A DNA stretch of 64,000 bases, from the NCBI GenBank assembly GCA_030426125.1, contig JAUHZB010000001.1, positions 94,583 through 158,582 of the forward strand, in the 5' to 3' direction. The DNA is from a bacterium. GTDB taxonomy: Bacteria > Patescibacteriota > Saccharimonadia > Saccharimonadales > AWTP1-31. The first letter of the stretch is position 1; the number at the start of each line of letters is the position of its first letter. Below, one piece after another: positions 27,041 through 38,852 of the stretch. Under the pieces are notes generated by a model, which worked only from the letters and a program-made list of their open reading frames with translations, was not told the origin of the DNA and did no database searches. Made by a program: the position numbers and the translations under genes.

Positions 27041-27203
27041 TTCTCTAATAAAATACTACAATTGTCCGAGTAAGTATAATTTTATTAGTTCGGTGATTTT
27101 ACAACACCGACAACTGTTGCGCACAATAGCTCAAGGAAGTAACATATACAGTGCACGGTTAGAATAAACCAAAACATTATTGCTTGTCTAGAGAGGGTTA
27201 CTA

Positions 27204-28928
27204 ATGACAAAGAGGCAGAAGAAAACAGCGGGTGAACTAGTCGATTTAATAGTCGATCACAAAGAGTCAGAAAAGATAAAGAAACAAGCTAGAAACTACA
27301 AGAGTTGGGATCTATCGCCAAGGCAGATATGTGATGTCGAAATGATAATTAACGGCGCCTTTTCTCCGCTGACAGGTTTCCTGAATAAAAAAGACTATCT
27401 TTCTGTCTGCAAAGATATGCGTTTGGCTAATGGATCATTATGGCCAATGCCAATTACCCTAGATGTAGATAAAGAGTTTGGCTCTCCCCTTAAAAAGGGT
27501 GAAAAGATAGCACTCAGAGACCAGGAAGGCGTAATCTTAGCAATTCTTGAAGTTGGAGACGTTTGGAAACCAGACAAAAGCAAAGAAGCAGAGCAAGTAT
27601 TTGGCTTGGATGATCAAGCACACCCGGCAGTAAATTATCTTCATAATATTGCCGGCGAGTATTACGTAGGCGGAAAGTTAACTGGACTTGAATTACCATC
27701 CTATTACGATTTTAAAGAACTCAGGCTTACCCCAGCAGAACTAAGGGCTCGTTTTGATAAACTTGGTTGGACAAAGGTAGTTGCTTTCCAGACCAGGAAT
27801 CCGATGCACCGAGCTCATGTGGAGTTAACTTTAAGGGCTGCAAAGAAAACTGAAGCAAACTTATTGATTCACCCCGTAGTAGGAATGACAAAGCCTGGCG
27901 ACATTGATCATTATACTAGAGTTAGAATCTACAAGAAGCTTAAGGACAGATATCCATCATCAACTGCTATGATTTCACTCCTACCATTAGCTATGAGAAT
28001 GGGTGGACCTAGAGAAGCCGTCTGGCACGCCATTATTCGTAAAAACTACGGAGTAACGCACTTTATTGTTGGCCGTGACCATGCTGGTCCTGGTAAAAAC
28101 TCTAAAGGTGAAGATTTCTATGGACCGTATGATGCTCAGGATTTAATAGAAAAATACAAGGATGAAATTGGAGTGGAAATTGTTCCATTCCAGATGATGG
28201 TATATGTACCAAGTAAAGATGACTATATGGCCATTGATGAGGTTCCAAAAAGCGAAGAATTTGCCAGTATCTCAGGAACAGAGCAACGTGAACGTTTGTC
28301 TAAAGGTAAGGAATTACCAGAATGGTTTACTTACCCAGAAGTAGAGCAAGAACTTCGCAGAACTACTAAGCCTTTGCACCAAAGAGGTTTTACTATATTA
28401 TTCACCGGTTTATCTGGTTCCGGAAAGTCAACAATTGCTAATGCACTTAGAATAAAGTTGCTAGAGCAGGGAGATAAAACGGTTTCATTGCTGGATGGAG
28501 ATATTGTTAGGAAAAACTTATCCTCCGAGCTAGGATTTAGCAAAGAACATAGAGATCTAAACGTTCTTAGGATTGGCTACGTTGCATCAGAAATTGCGAA
28601 ACATGGTGGAGTGGCTATTTGTGCGCCAATTGCTCCATACGACAAAACCCGTAAACAAGTAAAAGATATGGTTGAACAAGCCGGCGGTAAGTTTGTGCTT
28701 GTTCATGTCGCCACACCTCTTGAAGTCTGTGAAAAAAGAGATCGAAAAGGCCTTTACGCAGCTGCCAGAGCTGGAAAAATTAAAGAGTTTACCGGGATCT
28801 CAGATCCATATGAAGCGCCAGACGATGCTGACTTGGTATTAAATACGGTAGACACCACACCAGAAGCATTAGCCCAAGAAGTCTTGTTGCATCTAGAAAA
28901 AGAAGGCTTATTAAGCGATGATGCGTAG
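27204..28928 (+). CDS. sat/cysC: Bifunctional sulfate adenylyltransferase / adenylylsulfate kinase (PAPS synthase, Sat-CysC fusion)
   Basis: ATP-sulfurylase motifs [11 protein letters not shown] and VGRDHAGPG. The C-terminal APS-kinase P-loop is [13 protein letters not shown], with LDGDIVR. Confidence 0.92.
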   Translation: MTKRQKKTAGELVDLIVDHKESEKIKKQARNYKSWDLSPRQICDVEMIINGAFSPLTGFLNKKDYLSVCKDMRLANGSLWPMPITLDVDKEFGSPLKKGEKIALRDQEGVILAILEVGDVWKPDKSKEAEQVFGLDDQAHPAVNYLHNIAGEYYVGGKLTGLELPSYYDFKELRLTPAELRARFDKLGWTKVVAFQTRNPMHRAHVELTLRAAKKTEANLLIHPVVGMTKPGDIDHYTRVRIYKKLKDRYPSSTAMISLLPLAMRMGGPREAVWHAIIRKNYGVTHFIVGRDHAGPGKNSKGEDFYGPYDAQDLIEKYKDEIGVEIVPFQMMVYVPSKDDYMAIDEVPKSEEFASISGTEQRERLSKGKELPEWFTYPEVEQELRRTTKPLHQRGFTILFTGLSGSGKSTIANALRIKLLEQGDKTVSLLDGDIVRKNLSSELGFSKEHRDLNVLRIGYVASEIAKHGGVAICAPIAPYDKTRKQVKDMVEQAGGKFVLVHVATPLEVCEKRDRKGLYAAARAGKIKEFTGISDPYEAPDDADLVLNTVDTTPEALAQEVLLHLEKEGLLSDDA

Positions 28929-28970
28929 TTCATCAACTGTAATTGTTGGCTACAGCTATAGGTTTAATTA

Positions 28971-29777
28971 ATGAAGGATGCTGATTTAATTAAATTACTT
29001 CCAGTTATTGAACAAATTGCTGTGAATGCTGGTGAACGTATATTAGATATATATAATTCTGATGATTTTGAAGTACAGATTAAAGCAGATAGCTATAACT
29101 CCCCACTCACTAAAGCAGACAAGATTTCTAACGATGAAATAACAGCAGAATTAGGGGAAGTATCAGATTACCAGGTTGTTTCCGAAGAAAATAACGTTGA
29201 AGCAGATAAAACCAAACCTTTTTGGTTAATAGACCCGCTTGATGGAACAAAAGAATTCGTCAAACGAAACGGAGAATTCACTGTGAATATTGCATTAATC
29301 GTTGACGCCAAACCAGTACTCGGCGTTGTTTATGCGCCTGTTCTAAGCACTACTTATAGTGGTGCCAGTGATAAGGCGTATAAAATTGTCGAAGGTAAAA
29401 AAAATGCCATCAGATCAGTAGCGAACGATAAGATTCCAACAATAGTAACAAGCAGATCGCATAAGGATGAAATAACTCAGAAACTTCTGGATAGGATAGG
29501 GGAATATAATGAAATATGCATGGGGTCTTCTTTGAAACTTTGTTTAGTAGCTGAAGGAAAGGCTATGCTATATCCAAGACTAGCCCCGACGTATCCTTGG
29601 GATACAGCGGCTGCAGATGCTGTAGTCAGGTCCGCTGGAGGTAGAGTGACCAACACAGAAGGCAATGACCTAGACTATGGTGTTGATAGGAACATCAAGA
29701 ACCCGTTTTTTATTGTAGCTAGCAAAAACGCTATTAACTGGCAGGAGTTATTGAGCTCAATCCTACCGAAAAGCTAG
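28971..29777 (+). CDS. cysQ: 3'(2'),5'-bisphosphate nucleotidase (PAP phosphatase)
   Basis: Inositol-monophosphatase-fold motifs SEE, WLIDPLDGTKEF and WDTAA. It lies directly downstream of the PAPS synthase. Confidence 0.85.
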   Translation: MKDADLIKLLPVIEQIAVNAGERILDIYNSDDFEVQIKADSYNSPLTKADKISNDEITAELGEVSDYQVVSEENNVEADKTKPFWLIDPLDGTKEFVKRNGEFTVNIALIVDAKPVLGVVYAPVLSTTYSGASDKAYKIVEGKKNAIRSVANDKIPTIVTSRSHKDEITQKLLDRIGEYNEICMGSSLKLCLVAEGKAMLYPRLAPTYPWDTAAADAVVRSAGGRVTNTEGNDLDYGVDRNIKNPFFIVASKNAINWQELLSSILPKS

Positions 29778-29784
29778 TTTTTAT

Positions 29785-30642
29785 TTAACTTATATTAGTT
29801 AGGTACTTACCATAGCCGCTTTTCACAAGTGGCTCAGCTAATGCCTGTAATTGATCTTTACTAATGAAGCCCTCACGGTAAGCGACTTCCTCCGGGCATC
29901 CAATCTTAAGTCCGGTTCTTTTCTCGATAACTCGGATGTACTCAGAAGCATCACTCATTGAACTAAATGTTCCAGTATCTAGCCATGCAGTTCCTCGGTC
30001 AAGTAAAGAAACCTTTAGCTTACCTTTTTGCAAGTAGGCATCAAGGACTGAGGTGATTTCTACTTCTCCACGTTCACTAGGCTGAACATTTTTTGCAATT
30101 TCAACAACCTCATTATCGCAAAAATAAAGGCCAGCATTAGCAAAATTAGACTTTGGATTTTTGGGTTTCTCTTCAATCGATAGAACGTTCATATTTCGAT
30201 CAAATTCATAAACACCATAGCGCTCCGGATCAACTACCTGAGCGGCAAATCCTATGGCGCCATCAACATTTGTGTATCTTTTTAGCTGTGCGTCCATATT
30301 TGTTCCATGAAATAGATTGTCACCTAAAATCATTGCAACCTTGTCTTTACCAATGAAATCTTCACCAATGATGAAAGCTTGGGCAAGTCCTTCTGGTTTG
30401 GGCTGTACGGCATACTGTAAGTTGATGCCCCAGTCTGAACCATCACCAAGTAGTCGTTTGAATTGATCCTGATCATGGGGAGTAGTAATAATTAATATGT
30501 CTTTAATCCCAGCTAACATAAGGGTGCTAAGTGGGTAATAGATCATCGGCTTATCGTAAATTGGGATTAACTGCTTAGATACGCCTTTGGTTATTGGATA
30601 TAATCTAGTGCCTGATCCACCGGCTAGTATGATGCCTTTCAT
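29785..30642 (-). CDS. rfbA: Glucose-1-phosphate thymidylyltransferase
   Basis: [18 protein letters not shown] and the 285-aa RmlA layout. Confidence 0.93.
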   Translation of the reverse strand: MKGIILAGGSGTRLYPITKGVSKQLIPIYDKPMIYYPLSTLMLAGIKDILIITTPHDQDQFKRLLGDGSDWGINLQYAVQPKPEGLAQAFIIGEDFIGKDKVAMILGDNLFHGTNMDAQLKRYTNVDGAIGFAAQVVDPERYGVYEFDRNMNVLSIEEKPKNPKSNFANAGLYFCDNEVVEIAKNVQPSERGEVEITSVLDAYLQKGKLKVSLLDRGTAWLDTGTFSSMSDASEYIRVIEKRTGLKIGCPEEVAYREGFISKDQLQALAEPLVKSGYGKYLTNIS

Positions 30643-31490
30643 TGCCTCTCCTTTTTAATGTATTTTACTAGATCTTCCTTCCAGTCGTTAGGCCGGAAGC
30701 CAGTCTGCTTAATCTTGCTTAAATTTAGACTACTAAATTTAGGGCGAGGTGCTATACCTTCTTTATCTTTGTAGTAATCTTCAGTAGAAATATCGGTAAC
30801 CTTGTTGCCTAAATCGGCGGATTTGTATATTTCCCTAGTCACATCAGCCCAGCTAACCGCCTGACCATCATTGGTTACATTATATGTTCCAAACTCAAGT
30901 TGGTTTGTTAGTAAATGGTCGATTGCCCGAACTAATTCGTCTGTAAAGGTAAGTCTACCAATTTGGTCATTGACTACACTTGGATCGATACCTTTTTCAG
31001 CTACGCTAAGCATGGTACGAACAAAGTTTTTACCCTCACCGATAACCCAACTAGTGCGTAGGATATAGTGGCTCGGGAGCGATTGGACTAGTAGATCACC
31101 AGCTGCTTTACTTGCCCCATATACACTGAGTGGTGAAAATTCTTCGTCTTCAGTGTGATTATCTTGACTGCCGTCAAAAACATAATCCGATGAGATATGG
31201 ACTAGAGTGATGTTTTTTTCTCGGCAAACTTGGCTAAGATTTCCAATAGCCGTGGCGTTTACTTTCCAGGCTGAGACACGACCTTCATTAGTTTCAGCTC
31301 CATCTACATTGGTATAAGCAGCTGCATTAATAATGGTTTTGATGTTTGACCAGTCGTAATCCTTTACTGATTTTGGGTCAGTAATATCCAACTCTGCTAT
31401 ATCGGCAAACTTAGCGTCAGGATACTTTGCTCGGAGTGCGGTACCTAGCTGACCGTTGGCACCTGTAATAAAAATCTGTTTACTGTTCAC
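30639..31490 (-). CDS. rfbD: dTDP-4-dehydrorhamnose reductase
   Basis: ITGANGQLG Rossmann motif, SSDYVFDG and YGASK (YxxxK). It lies inside the rfb operon with 4-nt overlaps. Confidence 0.9.
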   Translation of the reverse strand: MNSKQIFITGANGQLGTALRAKYPDAKFADIAELDITDPKSVKDYDWSNIKTIINAAAYTNVDGAETNEGRVSAWKVNATAIGNLSQVCREKNITLVHISSDYVFDGSQDNHTEDEEFSPLSVYGASKAAGDLLVQSLPSHYILRTSWVIGEGKNFVRTMLSVAEKGIDPSVVNDQIGRLTFTDELVRAIDHLLTNQLEFGTYNVTNDGQAVSWADVTREIYKSADLGNKVTDISTEDYYKDKEGIAPRPKFSSLNLSKIKQTGFRPNDWKEDLVKYIKKERQ

Positions 31491-32050
31491 TACTTTAGAA
31501 CCTCTTTTAGCGGTGGGTTATTTCGATCTTTGTCGGAGATTATCATGCCGGAACCTTCTTTGATCGGCCAATCTATATTCAGATCTGGGTCTAGTGGGTT
31601 GCAGGCTACACCAGGCATGTCTGGTTTCCATTCTTTCTCAAAGTAATAGAGATAGGTAGAGGGTTCATCACTAATTGACTGGAAAGAATTACCCAGGCCA
31701 CTGGAAACGAATAAGCCTTGGCCACGATTGAGTTCAAAACCTTGCCATTTACCAGCGGTTGGTGATTCTTTTCGAAGATCAACTATAACGGCGTAGATTT
31801 TACCACTTGCTACAGAGACCAGCTTATGGGCGAATTCAGCATGGATACCTCTCAATGCACCTTTTACGGTGCTAGGAGCATTGACTTGGGGTCGGTCTCC
31901 AAGCGAGGGTAGTCCACTGGCAAGGAAGTCTGACTCTCTATAAAACTCCATTACTGAACCACGGTCATCAAAGAATTGTTTAAAAGTAACAGTGTATAGT
32001 CCTTTTATTGATGTTTCATTTACTAGGAGCTTGCTTTGATTATCTGTCAT
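31490..32050 (-). CDS. rfbC: dTDP-4-dehydrorhamnose 3,5-epimerase
   Basis: FFDDRGSVMEFYR, LRGIHAE and cupin-fold size (186 aa). Confidence 0.9.
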   Translation of the reverse strand: MTDNQSKLLVNETSIKGLYTVTFKQFFDDRGSVMEFYRESDFLASGLPSLGDRPQVNAPSTVKGALRGIHAEFAHKLVSVASGKIYAVIVDLRKESPTAGKWQGFELNRGQGLFVSSGLGNSFQSISDEPSTYLYYFEKEWKPDMPGVACNPLDPDLNIDWPIKEGSGMIISDKDRNNPPLKEVLK

Positions 32051-32558
32051 TTAATCTCTCGATAAGTTTATTAACGGCTTGTTTTGCTTCCTGACTGCCT
32101 ATTTTATCCATTGGTATTTTATCAATATTGAACCACTTTACCGAATCTACATCATCCATAGATTGTATTTGAGTGTTATTTTGCAGTGTTGCTGTAAAGA
32201 TTATGGATATAACCGGAATCTCTTCTTCTTTATAGGGGTACAAGCCATAGGTAGATGTAAGGTAACAAAGGTTCGTGTATTGTTCGCTGTTAAGGTTTAG
32301 TTCTTCTTTTATTTCACGTCTTATGCATTCTTCAGCTGACTCATTGGGGTCAATAAAACCACCCGGAGTATCAAGCATTCCTTTGAAAGGTTCTAGTCCG
32401 CGAACTGCTAGGAGCACTCTGTTATTATCTGGATTAAGAAACAAGATTCCAGTAGCTGGAACTGGATTTTCGAAAATGGGGTGGGAGTTTTGGCAAACGA
32501 AGTGAGAAGCTTCTTTTATTAGTGATTCACCACAACGTCGGCAATATTTTATGATCAC
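32040..32558 (-). CDS. NUDIX hydrolase with N-terminal Zn-ribbon, embedded in the rfb operon
   Basis: CRRCGESL…FVCQNSH is a Cys/His ribbon. The Nudix box is GGFIDPNESAEECIRREIKEELNL. It overlaps rfbC by 11 nt. Confidence 0.85.
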   Translation of the reverse strand: MIIKYCRRCGESLIKEASHFVCQNSHPIFENPVPATGILFLNPDNNRVLLAVRGLEPFKGMLDTPGGFIDPNESAEECIRREIKEELNLNSEQYTNLCYLTSTYGLYPYKEEEIPVISIIFTATLQNNTQIQSMDDVDSVKWFNIDKIPMDKIGSQEAKQAVNKLIERLNDR

Positions 32559-32573
32559 AACACTGGCCTGTAT

Positions 32574-34947
<2,374 letters not shown>

Positions 34948-35028
34948 TCCGGCCCCTTTCAGACTTAAGTTTAACGACTAACCGATGTTATGTAAATCTG
35001 TAACAGATGGTATATAATTAATGTAATT

Positions 35029-35454
35029 ATGGTTCTTTCAATAAAGCATAAAATAAACAAGCTTCGAACCCCTTCAAAAAAAACAGGTGGGTTACCGGTA
35101 AGCCTCAGAACTTACGCTGATGAGCTAGAATATGCCGTAAAGAAAAAGACTCAGCAACTGAAATCATTCTTAGAAGAAGAGGCTATTCAAGAATGGAAGC
35201 ACTGGGCTTTAATCGAAAATGCTTTTCCTTATAGTAGCGTCTTTAAGGTTAATCATATGCTAATACCGAAAAGGGAAGTAGATAAAGCAGGGCTGAATAG
35301 AAAAGAGTGGAGCGAACTAGAGTTAATCTTAGAAGAACTAAGCGATATCTACGATTGCCACCTAACTAATTTTCCTGGTAAACAATCTCGAAAAAATCAC
35401 TTTCATATCCATATGTTAATTTACAAAGATAAACGTAGCGAAATACGTATTTAG
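35029..35454 (+). CDS. HIT-superfamily-like small protein
   Basis: C-terminal histidine triad HFHIHMLIY (H-phi-H-phi-H-phi-phi). It lies 10 nt upstream of GT-C paralogue 2. Confidence 0.55.
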   Translation: MVLSIKHKINKLRTPSKKTGGLPVSLRTYADELEYAVKKKTQQLKSFLEEEAIQEWKHWALIENAFPYSSVFKVNHMLIPKREVDKAGLNRKEWSELELILEELSDIYDCHLTNFPGKQSRKNHFHIHMLIYKDKRSEIRI

Positions 35455-35464
35455 TCCAACAAAC

Positions 35465-36973
35465 GTGAGTATAAAAAAATCTCTCTCTGCCTTATCTGAT
35501 TTTGTTTACCGATTCGTTGGCAGTGATAAGTTTTTCTATCTGGTAATTGCCTTTCTTATTATTAACTCAGCATGGTTAATATTTAGTGCAGTTTATCCAA
35601 TGCCTTTTGATGAATTTGCTCATGTAGGCGCTATTCAGATTTATTCAGAGCAATTTTCACCAGTTGTAACAGAACAGAGCATAAATACTGGCATAATTGG
35701 TGATATTACTAGAAATCCATCATTTCTATACTACTGGTTGATGAGTTTCCCATTTAGAGCTGTAGATAGTTTCTTGAGTTTTAATCAGGCAGTTATGTTT
35801 ATTAGGTTACTAAACCTTGCAATGGTTGTAGGCGGTGTATATATCTTCCGAAAGCTACTACTGGAATGGAAGTTGTCGAGTAGAGTAGTTAATGTTGTTT
35901 TGTTGGCATTTATAGCTACTCCAATAGTGCCGTTTTTAAGTGCTCACGTTAATTACGATAATTTTATGTTCTTATTAACTCCGGTTGTCCTGCTGTATGC
36001 TTCACGTTTAATTGCTAGCAATAAAAACCTGATACTTAATCTTTTAGCGTTATATTTTTTTGGTTTGACGGCCACTATAGCTAAACAAACCTTCCTTCCA
36101 ATACTTCTATTAATTGTCGGTTATGTTTCAGTGGTGGTTATTGCTAGGAACTGGAAGCAGTGGAGCGCTTATAGGTATCAGTGGCAAAAGACTTCAAAGA
36201 ACTTTATTTTCTACCTGTTGTTAACCGCTTCTTTAGTTGTTAGTGTTCTGGCAGTAGAACGGTATGGTCGAAATTTTGTGGATTATGGGACCTATCGTCC
36301 TGGCTGTCAGGAGGTTCAATCAGTTGAATTTTGTGAGCAGTTTGGTCCATGGTATCGAAATAAAGTTTTCAATGTTGAGAATCGACCAGATCAACCACCA
36401 TATGGAAATCCTATTAGTTATAGTCAATACTGGGCAACTCGAATGGCTAGAGGATATTTTGCTATATTCCACCACAACCCTAGTGAGGTCGTTTCAGAGA
36501 GAGAACCTTACGGACCAATTCAAACTAAACCGCTATTGCCCATACCAATAAATATTGCTGTGATGTTTATGTTAGCGGGTGTCTTAGCTTGCGTAGTGGC
36601 TGGTAGGCGGGTATGGCAAAATAGGTATTTGAGATTTGGTTTAATAATAACCGTCGGTTATATTATTATTCTTTGGTTTTTTAATTATTCCAGTTATTTA
36701 CGTTTATGGAAGGCTGAAGCAATACAAGCACGCTACACCTTGCCATTATTAATATTGCTATTTGCTTTTATTGGGCAAACTCTTAACTTGGCAATTTCCA
36801 GCAAAGGAAAAAAGGTTGCACTGGTAGTTATTTTGATTGCTTTCTATGTTTATGGTGGTGGAAGTGCTGGATGGTTACTTAGAGCGGAGGATGGTTGGTA
36901 TTGGCAGACCCAAATAAATAGGACTGTTAATGACCGCGTTAGGACATTCTTAAGTAGAGCAGTGGTTCATTAG
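35465..36973 (+). CDS. Polytopic GT-C-like (DUF2142-style) putative glycosyltransferase, paralogue 2
   Basis: GTG start. The first-loop motif is PFDEFAH (35606-35623). It shares VNYDNFMFL, YGRNFVDYGT…C…C and QARYTLPLLIL blocks with the 18037-19425 product. Confidence 0.6.
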   Translation: MSIKKSLSALSDFVYRFVGSDKFFYLVIAFLIINSAWLIFSAVYPMPFDEFAHVGAIQIYSEQFSPVVTEQSINTGIIGDITRNPSFLYYWLMSFPFRAVDSFLSFNQAVMFIRLLNLAMVVGGVYIFRKLLLEWKLSSRVVNVVLLAFIATPIVPFLSAHVNYDNFMFLLTPVVLLYASRLIASNKNLILNLLALYFFGLTATIAKQTFLPILLLIVGYVSVVVIARNWKQWSAYRYQWQKTSKNFIFYLLLTASLVVSVLAVERYGRNFVDYGTYRPGCQEVQSVEFCEQFGPWYRNKVFNVENRPDQPPYGNPISYSQYWATRMARGYFAIFHHNPSEVVSEREPYGPIQTKPLLPIPINIAVMFMLAGVLACVVAGRRVWQNRYLRFGLIITVGYIIILWFFNYSSYLRLWKAEAIQARYTLPLLILLFAFIGQTLNLAISSKGKKVALVVILIAFYVYGGGSAGWLLRAEDGWYWQTQINRTVNDRVRTFLSRAVVH

Positions 36974-36986
36974 GGTCTATGTTTAG

Positions 36987-38102
36987 TTATAACTCAGACA
37001 TTTTTCTACTGAATTCTTGAGAGGAAAACTGTTTAGCGCTTTGTCTTATTGTATTTTTATCCCAGCTGAGTTTATTGAACTGCTTAATTGCGTAGCTTAA
37101 GCTCTGAACTGTCTGTTTTTCGAATAACAGGCCATTTTCTTTTGGTTTAATAAAGTCTAGCGCCCCACCAGCGGCGTAGGCTATTACAGGAATTCCTGAT
37201 GCTAGCGCTTCAACCGGAGCTATGCCAAAGTCTTCCTCGGCAGCAAAAATAAAGGCCTTGGAATTCGCTAGTAGTTCATTTACTTGTTGATCGCTAACAT
37301 TATCTAAAACCTCAACACTACTAGTTGGTTCATTAGCCATTTGTTTTAGTTTTGTGTGTTCAGGTCCTCCGCCAATCACTTTGAGTTTAATATTCAGTTG
37401 TTGGCAAGTTTGCACTATTAGATCAGTCTTTTTGTAGGCCGTTTGTCGACCAACTGTTATGAAGTATTCTGTTTTGTTTTTGTCCTTATCTTTTGTTTGA
37501 TTCGAATTAGCCTGGCTAAAGCGCTCGATGTTTACTGGTGGGTGGATAATAACTGAATCTCTATTGTAATACTTTCTAATGTCGGATTGGATATGGCTAG
37601 ATATGGCTATAAATTGATCAGGCCTTTGAGCTGCTCGGTAGTCTAGTGCTCTAAGTGGTTTTACTAGTACCATAAGACCAAGCCGAGCTAGGGGGTTAAA
37701 TAGCCCAAAGCCTGGATTGTCTAGGTAGGTCTGGTAATGACGCCAGTAGAAGTGAGTAGGGGTGAAGCAATAACATATATGTTTAGTATGCATAGCTACT
37801 TTTATATGCTTAGCTTCACCATTGCCAGTGCAGCTAATGACAGTATCGAAGTCATTAAGACGCAGTGATCTATAGTAAAAAATTCGGAGTGGGCCAATAT
37901 ATTTGCGTAGTGCGGAAAAAGGCCAGTGCTGCAACCAACCAGTTACAACTTTATTGTCTAGTTTATTCCGCCACTCTTCAGTGCAGTAGGAGGCGTATAT
38001 TGGAGCTTCTGGATACAACTCATGAAGCTGTTCAACAACTCGTTCGGCACCCCCACCAATTATCCAGTCGGCAACTATTGCTATATTTTTCTGATTCTTC
38101 AT
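36987..38102 (-). CDS. Glycosyltransferase, GT4/GT-B family
   Basis: WIIGGGAERV N-domain and C-terminal AAEEDFGIAPVEALASGIPVIAYAAGGALDFI. Confidence 0.85.
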   Translation of the reverse strand: MKNQKNIAIVADWIIGGGAERVVEQLHELYPEAPIYASYCTEEWRNKLDNKVVTGWLQHWPFSALRKYIGPLRIFYYRSLRLNDFDTVISCTGNGEAKHIKVAMHTKHICYCFTPTHFYWRHYQTYLDNPGFGLFNPLARLGLMVLVKPLRALDYRAAQRPDQFIAISSHIQSDIRKYYNRDSVIIHPPVNIERFSQANSNQTKDKDKNKTEYFITVGRQTAYKKTDLIVQTCQQLNIKLKVIGGGPEHTKLKQMANEPTSSVEVLDNVSDQQVNELLANSKAFIFAAEEDFGIAPVEALASGIPVIAYAAGGALDFIKPKENGLLFEKQTVQSLSYAIKQFNKLSWDKNTIRQSAKQFSSQEFSRKMSEL

Positions 38103-38148
38103 AGGTCTGTTTTTAAGTATAACCTATAAGTGTTAGACTATCTTGAGA

Positions 38149-38790
38149 TTATTGAACTGTGAAATTTATACTGTCTGTTCCAGATATTAGCCTGAAATCT
38201 TTAAGTGAAAGATTTTCAACAGTATAGAATAGTGCTGCATCTACAGTTTCACCTGGTTGGATGGTCTGATTCGTCAGTTTGTTGTAGCCACTTGGGATAT
38301 CGCTTGTTGGGACTTGTGTAGTCGGCTTGTAAGTACGGTTACCCGAGTCTTTTATTAGTATTGAATCTGTAATGACATATAATTCTTTATCACTATTATT
38401 AGTAATTTTCATCCGTACAGCTACACCTTCATCTGGTGTATTTATTGCTCCAGCAATATTGAATCGAGCTGAGTCGGTGAGACTTATATCTAACTTAGCT
38501 TTATTGTCTGAGGCTTCTTCATTTGACTCATTTGAATCGCTGGATTCTTTAAGCTCATCATAGCTAGCCTGAAGTGCTTTAAGTGATTCGTTTAGTTCGT
38601 TGGTTTGTTGCTCCAGATCTGATACACGGTTATTTGCGGCATTTAACTGATCGTTTTGCCATTTATATATTCCATAAAAACCCCCAGCGATTAGTAATAT
38701 GGCAACTAAGGCTACTAGGATTTTTTTAGATTTGTTATTTGATTTATTTGGTTGCTGAACTTCTGCTTTAGGTTTAGCTGATTCTTCCAT
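38149..38790 (-). CDS. Membrane-anchored extracytoplasmic protein with coiled coil and DUF4352-like beta-sandwich
   Basis: TM segment ILVALVAILLIAGGFYGIY, then a coiled coil (NNRVSDLEQQTNELNESLKALQASYDELK). The C-terminal region MKITNNSDKELYV…IQPGETVDAALFY is typical of DUF4352. Confidence 0.6.
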   Translation of the reverse strand: MEESAKPKAEVQQPNKSNNKSKKILVALVAILLIAGGFYGIYKWQNDQLNAANNRVSDLEQQTNELNESLKALQASYDELKESSDSNESNEEASDNKAKLDISLTDSARFNIAGAINTPDEGVAVRMKITNNSDKELYVITDSILIKDSGNRTYKPTTQVPTSDIPSGYNKLTNQTIQPGETVDAALFYTVENLSLKDFRLISGTDSINFTVQ

Positions 38791-38852
38791 TGCTAGTAGT
38801 ATATTAAAATGCTAATGTTATTGTAAAGTTCAAATTGGATGTAAGTTTCGAC

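Noticed and set aside
29397-29404. Homopolymeric tracts as phase-variation switches. Examples are A8 in cysQ, an A8 near 35076-35083 in the HIT-like gene, and T7/T8 runs near 43246-43270 in gtrA.
   Set aside because: The tracts are short (8 nt or less). They encode Lys runs in naturally K-rich segments and are not positioned at the 5' ends of the surface-protein genes. Nothing supports slippage without population data.
27204-29777. Interpreting Sat-CysC/CysQ as an assimilatory sulfate-reduction (cysteine biosynthesis) locus.
   Set aside because: The window has no PAPS/APS reductase, sulfite reductase, cysK or sulfate permease. A PAPS-dependent sulfotransferase operon is immediately adjacent. 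This needs whole-genome confirmation.
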